64,000 nucleotides of DNA from Parcubacteria group bacterium. GTDB lineage: Bacteria; Patescibacteriota; Patescibacteriia; UBA1558; GWA2-36-10. The translations under genes were made by a program, and so were the position numbers. The stretch is from positions 4,988-68,987 of the forward strand of contig PQAE01000012.1 in NCBI GenBank assembly GCA_003104935.1, given 5' to 3'. Below the pieces are notes generated by a model that saw only the letters and a list, made by a program, of their open reading frames with translations, was not told the DNA's origin and ran no database searches. Below are positions 47,892 through 56,419 of the stretch, one piece after another. The first letter of the stretch is position 1. Each line of letters starts with the position of its first letter.

Positions 47892-49061
47892 TTAATCAAA
47901 CTTGGTAATGATGATATCCAACATTTTTTTTACGGTATTGAACCAAGAATATTTTTTGACAAATTCCTGGCGAGCGACCCGATGATCAGCGTCATCATCG
48001 CTCAACTGCTTGTTCACCAATTTGTCAAAATCCTCGTAATCTTTGGCCACCGCTATAACTTCACTAAAATTATCCAGGCCGACATTCTCCGTAGAAACTA
48101 CGGGCTTGCCGCAGGCCAAATATTCATATACCTTCATCGGATTGGTGCTGGCGCTGTGTCCGCTGGTCTTATGCGGCACGATGCCCAGGTCAAACTGCTG
48201 GATATACATCGGCGCCTCCGCGTAGGATTTATAACCCAAAAAGTGAACATTGGACAACTTCTCCAAAGACAATTTAGCCTGATCCAGCTCGCTCCAGACC
48301 GGACCGACCAATACCATTGATTTATCGGGATTTTTTTCAGCCAAATACCTTAACAATTCAAAATCCACCCGCTCCTGCATCACCCCGATATAGCCGATGA
48401 TCGGGCGCGATATATCGGCAATATCGCGGTTAACCAGAGGAAATGATTTATTATAGTGCACTAGATCCACTCCGTTGGGAATCCAATAAACATTGGGTTG
48501 ATTATCAAAAAAATTCTGCAGATTTTGGGAAACGGCAAAAATTATATCTGCACTTTTTTTGATATTGTCATAAGCCGTTTGCAGACGCGCTTTCTGGCGC
48601 GCGTAGGAAGAGTGTAAAAGCCAATTATCTACAGCATCAAAAACGGTCAGTTTTTGCCCCAGATTATGCCAATAAGGCGCGACAAAAGGAAAAAAAGACC
48701 AGAGCACGGCGTCGCCAAAATTTAATTGCAGACAAACCTTCTTTATCTTAGCCATAGTGTGTTTTGGCCGGAAGAAAAAATTTATGTCCGAATAAACATA
48801 AAGCTTATCCGACATTTTGGTCAGCTTGGAAGTAAGGGTCCGCTTGAGGACCTTCCCTTCATGCAGATTTAATACTAGATCTTCCTTATACATACGCAGA
48901 GCCCGTTTGGGGCTAAGAGGCAGATAATCAATAGCCAGTATTTTACCGACCTCGGGCCGGCCGAGCAACTGCTTGAGGACATGATAATTACGGTTGGACA
49001 CTCCGCCTTCCCACTCGGAGTAGTTGGACATATTAAACATGATGATATCAAATGGCTTCAT
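47892..49061 (-). CDS. GT-B glycosyltransferase (TuaH-like)
   Basis: FDAVDNW, IPNGVD, IGYIG..ERVD, NPMKVYEYLACGKPVVST. Confidence 0.85.
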   Translation of the reverse strand: MKPFDIIMFNMSNYSEWEGGVSNRNYHVLKQLLGRPEVGKILAIDYLPLSPKRALRMYKEDLVLNLHEGKVLKRTLTSKLTKMSDKLYVYSDINFFFRPKHTMAKIKKVCLQLNFGDAVLWSFFPFVAPYWHNLGQKLTVFDAVDNWLLHSSYARQKARLQTAYDNIKKSADIIFAVSQNLQNFFDNQPNVYWIPNGVDLVHYNKSFPLVNRDIADISRPIIGYIGVMQERVDFELLRYLAEKNPDKSMVLVGPVWSELDQAKLSLEKLSNVHFLGYKSYAEAPMYIQQFDLGIVPHKTSGHSASTNPMKVYEYLACGKPVVSTENVGLDNFSEVIAVAKDYEDFDKLVNKQLSDDDADHRVARQEFVKKYSWFNTVKKMLDIIITKFD

Positions 49062-50164
49062 ACAATTTTTGCTAATAATCCCTTAAGGCGATTACTCTGT
49101 TGCTCGGAAGAGGCAAATTGCTCAAATCTACGACGGGCGGCTTCAGCCAGCTTAATCCTGAACTCGTTATCAAGCAGTAATTTTCTGACGGCCGCAGCCA
49201 ATTGTTTGACGTCTTCATTATCGATCAGCAGGGCGTTGACATTATTTTCCCAAATCTCGGCCACGCCGCCGCTGTTGCCGGCGATGATAGCTAGTTTGCA
49301 GGCGGCCGCCTCCAAAAACACTATGCCAAATCCCTCGACATCGACGTCATCGTTCCGGTTCGGCAGGACAAAAATATCCGCTAAGTTATAATAATATACT
49401 TTTTCCTCATCCGCTACCGATTCCAGGATAAAAACCTTGCCCGTCAAATTATAATTTTTAATCAGTCCTTCCAACTCCGCCTTTAAATCTCCGTGTCCGA
49501 CAATAAAATATTTTATTTTAAGATCACAAAGCTGAGCAATGGCTTTGAGCACTAAATCCTGTCCTTTTCTTTTGTTTAGCCGACCCACGGTCAACAGTAT
49601 CTTATCGTCCGGCTCAAGCTCATACTTACGGCGCAAATACTGCAGATGCTGATCCTCTACTTTCAACTCTAAATCTAAGCTGGGATAAAATATCTGTAAT
49701 TTTTCTTCTGGCAGATTAAAATAACTGATAACCTCTTTGGTATTATTACTGTTGGTCAAAATAAGACTAGCTCTGGCTAAAATAAGCTTGGTTAGCCAGG
49801 CTTTATGACGTAAAGCCAGACGAATATCTAAACCATGTAAGGAAATCACGTAGGGTATTTTATCAAACAGATACAAACAATAAGCCAAACTGCCCAGGGG
49901 TAAAATATTTGGCGTAAAAATCAGTCCGATTTTTTCCTCGCGGAGAATCCTGCGCAGTTTAAAAAAAGTGATTAGCCAGGTCGGCCACAACCAATGGGAC
50001 TTTAACCGCCAATGACGGATATTATCCGTGGTCTTAATCTCGGGATGGTCACTGATCACTAGATAGTCTGACATGTCAAAATGGCGAAATAAACTATAGC
50101 AATATCGGGCCACGCCGCCGCGATGAGGATAATATTCGTGGGTTAGTACTAATACTTTCTTCAT
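49058..50164 (-). CDS. GT4 glycosyltransferase
   Basis: GGVARY, VGRL.KRKG, EGFGIVFLEA, G.SGG..E. Confidence 0.9.
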   Translation of the reverse strand: MKKVLVLTHEYYPHRGGVARYCYSLFRHFDMSDYLVISDHPEIKTTDNIRHWRLKSHWLWPTWLITFFKLRRILREEKIGLIFTPNILPLGSLAYCLYLFDKIPYVISLHGLDIRLALRHKAWLTKLILARASLILTNSNNTKEVISYFNLPEEKLQIFYPSLDLELKVEDQHLQYLRRKYELEPDDKILLTVGRLNKRKGQDLVLKAIAQLCDLKIKYFIVGHGDLKAELEGLIKNYNLTGKVFILESVADEEKVYYYNLADIFVLPNRNDDVDVEGFGIVFLEAAACKLAIIAGNSGGVAEIWENNVNALLIDNEDVKQLAAAVRKLLLDNEFRIKLAEAARRRFEQFASSEQQSNRLKGLLAKIV

Positions 50165-51600
50165 TGGGCCTTAGTCAGAGAGTTTTTTATAAAAACAAAG
50201 TCTTGCTTACTGATTGCCCTGGTCAGTAGCATAAAACCCAAATAAATTACCGCCCCCGCCAATATAGTCCAGTACCAGACGATATAATCCTGCAAAAAAC
50301 CGATGGCAAACAGCATGATCAGTCCCGACATCACGGTCTTAATCACCGGGGCAAATTCGTCGGCCTTTGGTTTAACTACCGATAAAACGGCATACAGATT
50401 TAAACTGAATAAAAACAAAGTACTGATCGAGGAGGATAAACTAGCTCCCCAAATACCCAGTACGCGTATCAAAATCAAATTTAAAATTATGTTTAAGACC
50501 ATGGTCAGCCCCAGATTTCTAGTATTTATCTTTTGGCGATTAGTGGCGTTAAGAAAACTGGACAAAGAAAAATTAACAAATAAAAACGGTATGCTGGCAA
50601 TCAGCACCTGCAACGGAAATATGGAAAAATGAAACTGGCTGGTGTACATTTTGTCTACTAAGTTTGGCGCCAAGGCGATGATCCCCAAGCTTAAAGGCAC
50701 GGAGATAAAAGCCAAATAATTAAACGATTTAACAAAAGTCTTTTCCAACGCCTGTTGGTCATTTTTAAAATAATTAGAAAAAGCGGGATACAGTGCGGCC
50801 ACAAAAGCCAAAGGAATAAATTGTAGAGCAAAAGTAAGCTTATAGGCGATGCTATAAAAACCGACCGCGGCATCACCCATAAACATCTTTAGAAAAAAAG
50901 TGTCAATATAAGCGTAGATCTTGGCGAAAATAGCCGACAGCGCAAAAGGTAAGGTAAGCAAACTTATATTTTTTATGAACGCCCGGTCATAGAGCATTTG
51001 AAATTTAACCTGCCATTTGCTCTTCAGAATAGCGAGAGAAAAAATAAAATTAAATAAACTAGCAGCTAATAATACTGTCAAGAAAACCGCCACGCTATGG
51101 GTCAGCGACAACATACTCAGACCCAGGATCATGACGATCAGCTGAAATATAATCGTGCCCCAGGATTCATATTTTAGGCTTTGCTTGCCGCGGATATAGG
51201 CATAAAATAGCAAAGTAAAACTATCAATGATAGTAATCAAGGTGGTGATATAAATCAAATTTCTAACCTGGTCGCTGTAAAACAAAAAACTATTTAGTAA
51301 CACCAAAAAAATCGCCGTGGCCAAAGCCAGCATTAATTTTAAGGTCAGGATCTGCTGAAACCAGCGTTGGCCGCCTTCCTGATCCTTGGCCACCTGGCGA
51401 ATAAGTACTGGCGACAAACCCAGATCTACCAATACGGCAAACATAGTAGCAAATGATATGGCAAAAAAATATTGACCCGTGGCCTCGGCTCCCAGACTCC
51501 TAGCTAGAATAGTAAAGTAAATAAAAGATAGAATCTTTTGGCCGATTAAGGCAATCATAAAAAAGGAGGTATTAGCCGTAATTTTTTGAGCATTTACCAT
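50161..51600 (-). CDS. Wzx-type polysaccharide flippase
   Basis: ARSLG...G.Y, DLGL...LIR, AVGFYS.AYKL; many TM segments; ATG 51600 is 6 nt after TATAAT. Confidence 0.88.
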   Translation of the reverse strand: MVNAQKITANTSFFMIALIGQKILSFIYFTILARSLGAEATGQYFFAISFATMFAVLVDLGLSPVLIRQVAKDQEGGQRWFQQILTLKLMLALATAIFLVLLNSFLFYSDQVRNLIYITTLITIIDSFTLLFYAYIRGKQSLKYESWGTIIFQLIVMILGLSMLSLTHSVAVFLTVLLAASLFNFIFSLAILKSKWQVKFQMLYDRAFIKNISLLTLPFALSAIFAKIYAYIDTFFLKMFMGDAAVGFYSIAYKLTFALQFIPLAFVAALYPAFSNYFKNDQQALEKTFVKSFNYLAFISVPLSLGIIALAPNLVDKMYTSQFHFSIFPLQVLIASIPFLFVNFSLSSFLNATNRQKINTRNLGLTMVLNIILNLILIRVLGIWGASLSSSISTLFLFSLNLYAVLSVVKPKADEFAPVIKTVMSGLIMLFAIGFLQDYIVWYWTILAGAVIYLGFMLLTRAISKQDFVFIKNSLTKAQ

Positions 51601-51647
51601 GTTCATATTATATCAAAAAAGGGTAATATATCAATCATTATTAATAC

Positions 51648-51676
51648 TTGACAGATTATAGATAGTATGCTAGTAT
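51648..51676 (+). promoter_or_regulatory. Sigma70 promoter for ncRNA-3
   Basis: TTGACA-17 nt-TAGTAT with extended TG. Confidence 0.75.
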
Positions 51677-51681
51677 ATATA

Positions 51682-51962
51682 GTTATTGGTCCTTGAAAAG
51701 GGTCGCCCATACGCATATGTGCCTACCTAGTGCAACGCAGACAGCAGCATCTAGATGACGCTATGTCGGTGGGCTTCCCCACCTAATCCAATACCTTACG
51801 GGGTACAGGTATTGGCGTCCGTTGAGAGCTTCCCCACCTATGCTACATGTGATGTATTTCTGAGAGACCGACCAATATGTCGGGGCACAGGACCAAGCAG
51901 CTCTCGTCCCTCCACCAATAGAGGTATCCCAATCAAATGGGGCCTAGGTGGAGGGATTTTTT
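51682..51962 (+). ncRNA. Putative structured ncRNA-3 (~280 nt)
   Basis: Promoter; hairpin with UACGGGGUACA loop; P2 stem 51824-30/51899-905; terminator tccctccacc/ggtggaggga plus T6. Confidence 0.68.
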
Positions 51963-51999
51963 AAATCGTATTTATGTTAATTTCTATTATCCACCCCCC

Positions 52000-52028
52000 T
52001 TGACAAAAATATGACCATGTGCTAATAT
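52000..52028 (+). promoter_or_regulatory. Sigma70 promoter for ncRNA-4
   Basis: TTGACA-17 nt-TAATAT with extended TG. Confidence 0.75.
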
Positions 52029-52033
52029 ACAAA

Positions 52034-52162
52034 GTTGTACGAACATTACGGAATGTCGGTATCCTACGGGGTACAGATACCGACATTATTAATGAGTCCT
52101 CCCCATTAAAAAAGCAAGGACTCCGAAAAATAACCCCCAAACTTCAGGTTTGGGGGTTTTTT
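52034..52162 (+). ncRNA. Putative structured ncRNA-4 (~130 nt), minimal version of the ncRNA-3 module
   Basis: 12-bp hairpin with the same loop; P2 gagtcct/aggactc; terminator cccccaaac/gtttggggg plus T6. Confidence 0.7.
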
Positions 52163-52168
52163 ATATGC

Positions 52169-52192
52169 AAAAGCCACCCAGAAGGGTGGCTT
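52169..52192 (-). terminator. Terminator of the ribosomal protein operon
   Basis: aagccaccc-agaa-gggtggctt hairpin, T run on the minus strand. Confidence 0.65.
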
Positions 52193-52245
52193 GAACTAGC
52201 AATTTAATGGCTCAAATATCTCTAACTGCGACCAGATCCAGAAAG

Positions 52246-52659
52246 CTAGCGCTTGCTCCACTGCGGAGCTTTACGGGCCTTCTTGAGCCCAGGTTTTTTT
52301 CTTTCTTTGATGCGGGAATCTCTGGTTAAAAATCCTTCCTTGCGTAAAGATGAACGTAGTTCTTCATCAGTCGCCAATAGAGCTCGGGCAATACCGTGAC
52401 GCACACTGTCTGCCTGGCCCTTGATGCCGCCGCCCTGCACTTTGACAGAAATGGATATCTTATCGCGGCCGGTTAATTTCAAAGGTTTTAAAATATTCTC
52501 CTGCCACTCAAAGTATGGGAAATATTCCTTAAAGTCCTTACCGTTCACTATGATTTTGATGCTGGCTACGCGGTCATTTAATATCCGCACGCGGGCGATA
52601 GCGCGCTTGCGCTTGCCTACAGCCGGGGTATAATCTGTTTTTTTGATTGCTGGAGTCAT
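52246..52659 (-). CDS. rpsI: 30S ribosomal protein S9
   Basis: GKRKRAIARV, GGG..GQA..VRHGIARAL, ERKKPGLKKARKAPQWSKR. Confidence 0.98.
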   Translation of the reverse strand: MTPAIKKTDYTPAVGKRKRAIARVRILNDRVASIKIIVNGKDFKEYFPYFEWQENILKPLKLTGRDKISISVKVQGGGIKGQADSVRHGIARALLATDEELRSSLRKEGFLTRDSRIKERKKPGLKKARKAPQWSKR

Positions 52660-52661
52660 AA

Positions 52662-53009
52662 TTAACTGATGGTTAACCTTTTTAACATATTCTTGCGCAA
52701 ACGGTTTTTGGGCAACATATCGGTAACGATCTGACGAAAAGCTTTGGCCGGATTTTTGGCCATTAGATCGCTGAGTTTTATGTTGCGGATGCCTCCGGGG
52801 TAACCGCTATAACGGTGATAGGTCTTCGCCTGCAACTTATTACCGGAAAATTTCAAACCCACGGCGTTGGTTACGCTGACGATATCGCCGCAATCTGTAT
52901 GGGCCTGATAACTGGGTTTATGTTTACCCTGCAAGATAAAAGCCACCCGCGAGGCCAAACGGCCGGCGATTTTTCCTTCGGCATCTAGTGTATGTTTTTC
53001 TCTTTCCAT
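52662..53009 (-). CDS. rplM: 50S ribosomal protein L13 (compact)
   Basis: DAEGK.AGRLAS, GKHKP.Y..H.DCGD, YSGYPGG, MLPKNRL. Confidence 0.97.
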   Translation of the reverse strand: MEREKHTLDAEGKIAGRLASRVAFILQGKHKPSYQAHTDCGDIVSVTNAVGLKFSGNKLQAKTYHRYSGYPGGIRNIKLSDLMAKNPAKAFRQIVTDMLPKNRLRKNMLKRLTIS

Positions 53010-53019
53010 AAAAGCAAGT

Positions 53020-53370
53020 TTATACTAGTTCAATCTGGGCCATCTTGGCGCCGTCACCCAAACGCTGACTGATTTTGATAATTCGGCAATAACCGCCTTT
53101 TCTATCCTTGTATTTGGGAGCCAGTACGTCCAGTATTTTCTGCACCGCTTTTTTATCCGGTAGCACCCTAGTCAATAGTTGCTTATTATAGATCGACTTG
53201 ACTTTGCCGCGGGTGATCAGTCTTTCAACCAGCGGACGCAAAGCTTTGGCTTTGGGTTCGGTAGTCACTATCTTTTCATACAATACTAAAGAAACAGCTA
53301 GGTTCTCCATCAAAGCCTTACGGGGCGCTGCCTGACGCTTAAAAATCTTATTTTTATTACGGTGTCTCAT
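53020..53370 (-). CDS. rplQ: 50S ribosomal protein L17
   Basis: MRHR, I.TT..KAK, R.GGY.RIIK...R.GDGA. Confidence 0.97.
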   Translation of the reverse strand: MRHRNKNKIFKRQAAPRKALMENLAVSLVLYEKIVTTEPKAKALRPLVERLITRGKVKSIYNKQLLTRVLPDKKAVQKILDVLAPKYKDRKGGYCRIIKISQRLGDGAKMAQIELV

Positions 53371-53372
53371 GA

Positions 53373-54164
53373 TTATTTAATTTTCTTTGTCTTTTTTTCT
53401 TCACTGTCTTTATCTTTTTCTTTTCTGGTTTTTTTCTTCTCCTCCTTGACCGGCTCCGCCGTTTCTACCGCCGACTCTTCCGTAATCACAAAAAAATTAA
53501 ATTGATCACGTAGCAGTGCGCCGGCTTTGCTGATCGCTGTGCGGGCATCGATCGTGCCGTCAGTCAGTATATCCATGGTTAATCTTTCATAATTGGTCAT
53601 CTCGCCAACACGCACATTTTCTATATTATAGCCGACATTTAATACCGGGGAAAAACTGGAGTCAATGGCGATATTGCCGATTTCCAGCTTAGCTCTTTCT
53701 TCACGCTGGTCTACCGTCAGATAACCGATACCTTTTTCTACGGTAATTTCCATCGCCAGCTTAGCGTGCTTGTCAGTTAAAGTAGCAATTAGTAAATCTT
53801 TATTGATTATCTCTACCTCGGCATTGGGTTTGATATCGGCGGCAGTCACTTCTTTTTCGCCCTTGACATCAATGGATAATTTAACCGGCTCCGCGGAAAA
53901 ACATTTCAATCTCAATTTCTTGAGATTAAGCATGATCTCCACTAAGTCCTCTTTGACAAAATCTACCGAGTCAAACTCATGTTTAGCCCCTTCCATCTTA
54001 AAGGAAGTCACCGCCGCTCCTTCCAGAGAAGATAAAAGCACGCGACGCAGTGAATTGCCGACAGTAATGCCGAGCCCGGGATAAAAGGGTTCGATCACCA
54101 CCTGGTAGCGATGATTTTTCAGATCGCTGACCGAAATTTTTTCTGGTAATGTTATTTGTCTCAT
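53373..54164 (-). CDS. rpoA: RNA polymerase subunit alpha (NTD only)
   Basis: EPFYPG.G.T.GNSLRRVLLSSL.GAA, HEF, IDS.FSPV, RVG..T.Y. Confidence 0.96.
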   Translation of the reverse strand: MRQITLPEKISVSDLKNHRYQVVIEPFYPGLGITVGNSLRRVLLSSLEGAAVTSFKMEGAKHEFDSVDFVKEDLVEIMLNLKKLRLKCFSAEPVKLSIDVKGEKEVTAADIKPNAEVEIINKDLLIATLTDKHAKLAMEITVEKGIGYLTVDQREERAKLEIGNIAIDSSFSPVLNVGYNIENVRVGEMTNYERLTMDILTDGTIDARTAISKAGALLRDQFNFFVITEESAVETAEPVKEEKKKTRKEKDKDSEEKKTKKIK

Positions 54165-54220
54165 GGTTGTTATTTAAAATTTTCTCGCCCGCAAAAGGCG
54201 ATATTTTTTATTTTTATTTA

Positions 54221-54841
54221 TTACCGAGAATAGAAATCAACGATTAAGTGGATCTCAATGTTGCGGGGCAAATCAGACTTGTTAGGCAAGCTGGTGACAG
54301 TGGCCGACATATCCTTAGTATTGACCGCCAGCCAGCCAGGCACTTCACGCTCCACTTTTTTCATCATTTCCTCCAGATTTTTCCAATAGGTATTATCTTT
54401 CTTATTTTCCTTAACTTTGATCACTTCGCCCGGCCGAATAGTATAGGAAGGAATATCCACCTTGACGCCGTCCACAGTAAAGTGGCCGTGCGTGACCAGC
54501 TGACGAGCCATCCGTCTGGTCTGGGCCCAGCCCGCTCGATAAACCGCGTTATCCAGACGGGTTTCCAATAGAGTTAAAAAGTTGTCACCGACATCGCCGA
54601 CGATTTTTCCGGCGCGCTCAAAGGTCAGGGCAAATTGCTTTTCCAATAGGCCATAGATCATTTTAGTTTTTTGCTTTTCCAAAAGCTGACGGCCGTACTC
54701 GGAGACCTTGGCAAAAGAGCGTTTGGCACCGTGCATGCCAGGCGGATTATTGCGCTTGACCAACGGATTTTTTAATGTATCCGCTACGTTTTCGCCAAAG
54801 CGACGACTGGATTTATGTCGGGGTTTTAAATTTCTGGCCAT
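54221..54841 (-). CDS. rpsD: 30S ribosomal protein S4
   Basis: PPG.HG, SEYG.QL.EKQK, LETRLDN.VYR, ARQLV.HGH, DFYSR. Confidence 0.98.
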   Translation of the reverse strand: MARNLKPRHKSSRRFGENVADTLKNPLVKRNNPPGMHGAKRSFAKVSEYGRQLLEKQKTKMIYGLLEKQFALTFERAGKIVGDVGDNFLTLLETRLDNAVYRAGWAQTRRMARQLVTHGHFTVDGVKVDIPSYTIRPGEVIKVKENKKDNTYWKNLEEMMKKVEREVPGWLAVNTKDMSATVTSLPNKSDLPRNIEIHLIVDFYSR

Positions 54842-54843
54842 AA

Positions 54844-55227
54844 TTACATTCTTCTGGGTTTCTTAGGACGACAACCGTTATGAGGTATAGGCGTCATGTC
54901 TTTGATCGAATTTACATTTAAGCCGTGGCTGTGCAAAGCCCGGACAGCCGCTTCCCGGCCGGCGCCCACCCCACGCACAAAGACGTCCACCTCTTCCAAA
55001 CCATATTCTTTGGCTTTCTCGATGGCACTACGCACGATAATACCTGCGGCGTAAGGAGTGGCTTTTTTTGGTCCCTTAAAACCGTTCACTCCGGCTGAAG
55101 ACCAGGACAAAAGATTGCCTTGCTGGTCGGTCAGACTGACTAAGGTATTGTTATAAGTAGCTTGGATGTGGGCTTGGCCCTTTTTAACTACTTTCTTTAC
55201 TTTTTTCTTGGCTTTGATATTTGGCAT
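54844..55227 (-). CDS. rpsK: 30S ribosomal protein S11
   Basis: HIQATYNNT, GFKG.KKATPYAA, TPIPHNGCRP; start MPNIK at 55227. Confidence 0.97.
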   Translation of the reverse strand: MPNIKAKKKVKKVVKKGQAHIQATYNNTLVSLTDQQGNLLSWSSAGVNGFKGPKKATPYAAGIIVRSAIEKAKEYGLEEVDVFVRGVGAGREAAVRALHSHGLNVNSIKDMTPIPHNGCRPKKPRRM

Positions 55228-55243
55228 AATAAATTTTCGTCGA

Positions 55244-55630
55244 TTAGGTCTTTTCAGCCGCTTTGGCGCGTCCGCTACCCATGGTGACGCGTTTGTTGCC
55301 GCGCACGGTACGGGAATTTGACTTAGTGCGCTGACCGCGAGTAGGCAAACCACGAGTGTGCCGCAGTCCACGATAGGATTTGATTTCCTTCAGGCGTTTG
55401 ATATTGGCCGATCTTTCCCGGCGTAATTCACCTTCAATCTTTAATTTTTCTACTCTTAGACGCAACTGATTCACCTGATCATCCGTCAGATCCTTGACGC
55501 GAGTATCAAAATTAATACCCAGAGATTTTAAAATCTTCTGGGCAGTAGTATTACCGATACCGTAAATATAGGTCAAAGAAATGACCACTCTTTTTTCCTT
55601 GGGGATATTTACACCTGATATTCTTGCCAT
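55244..55630 (-). CDS. rpsM: 30S ribosomal protein S13
   Basis: [36 protein letters not shown]. Confidence 0.98.
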   Translation of the reverse strand: MARISGVNIPKEKRVVISLTYIYGIGNTTAQKILKSLGINFDTRVKDLTDDQVNQLRLRVEKLKIEGELRRERSANIKRLKEIKSYRGLRHTRGLPTRGQRTKSNSRTVRGNKRVTMGSGRAKAAEKT

Positions 55631-55715
55631 AAGTTTAGTTAAAAGTTGAAGGTTTAAAGTGCCAAGTTTTTATTCTAATTCACTTTTTACTTGTTACTTT
55701 AGACTTTTTACTCGT

Positions 55716-55829
55716 TTATCCTTGTCTTTGTTTGTGCTTGGGATTTTTACAAATACAAGTAACCCGGTTTTTGCGGCGAACCAGTTTGCAATCCTTGCAC
55801 ATTTTTTTAACCGATGCTCTTACTTTCAT
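55716..55829 (-). CDS. rpmJ: 50S ribosomal protein L36 (not in ORF track)
   Basis: Manual translation [37 protein letters not shown]. Confidence 0.97.
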   Translation of the reverse strand: MKVRASVKKMCKDCKLVRRKNRVTCICKNPKHKQRQG

Positions 55830-55888
55830 CCCGTTAGAGATTTACCCGTTTGTTAAATAATTGATATCTATATTTTTACTTTATAAAA

Positions 55889-56125
55889 TTATCGGCGATA
55901 AGTGATGCGACCCTTGGTCAGATCATAAGGGCTCATCTCCACAACTACCCGGTCACCGGGCAGGATGCGAATTTTGTTCATGCGCATCTTTCCGGACAGA
56001 TGAGTCAAAATATTGTGCCCGCTTTCTAAAATAACTTTAAAAGTGGCATTGGGCAGTAACTCTACCACCTCTCCGTTGACTTCTAGAAAACCCTTATTGT
56101 TCACCTTTGATTCTATTTCTCCCAT
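55889..56125 (-). CDS. infA: Translation initiation factor IF-1
   Basis: LPNATF.V.L, HLSGKMR...[20 protein letters not shown]. Confidence 0.98.
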   Translation of the reverse strand: MGEIESKVNNKGFLEVNGEVVELLPNATFKVILESGHNILTHLSGKMRMNKIRILPGDRVVVEMSPYDLTKGRITYRR

Positions 56126-56330
56126 TATAATAACAAAAAAAGAAATTCCGCTTAGCGCAAATGCGGCTAATTGATAGAGTTTCTTTTTAAACTGGCTTTA
56201 GCCAATGTTTCATTTATAATAAACGCTACTATATTATACAGATTTTTTACGATAAGTCAAGGAATTAAGGTGCTAGTGTCTAATTTGACGGTCTTTTAGC
56301 CAGAAATTGGCCCAAATACTAATCTTCTCG

Positions 56331-56356
56331 CCCTCCGAAGCCTTGGCGCAGGAGGG
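56331..56356. repeat. Short REP-like palindrome
   Basis: ccctcc-gaagccttggcgca-ggaggg. Confidence 0.45.
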
Positions 56357-56419
56357 TCAAGGATTTTGGCGTACTTTAGACTAGAAATATAAATTACAGT
56401 ATATTTTAGCTAACTTTAG

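Noticed and set aside
51773-51840. CRISPR mini-array from the 13-nt direct repeat
   Set aside because: Only two short copies, the spacer is itself a conserved hairpin, and no cas genes are present
52088-52130. Hammerhead ribozyme core (UAAUGAGUCC...GGAC..GAAA)
   Set aside because: CUGAnGA is not intact, three extra nt precede GAAA, and no stem III is evident
51755-52207. ORFs 51755-51964 and 52019-52207
   Set aside because: No SD; they overlap promoter and terminator elements; stem covariation argues for RNA structure
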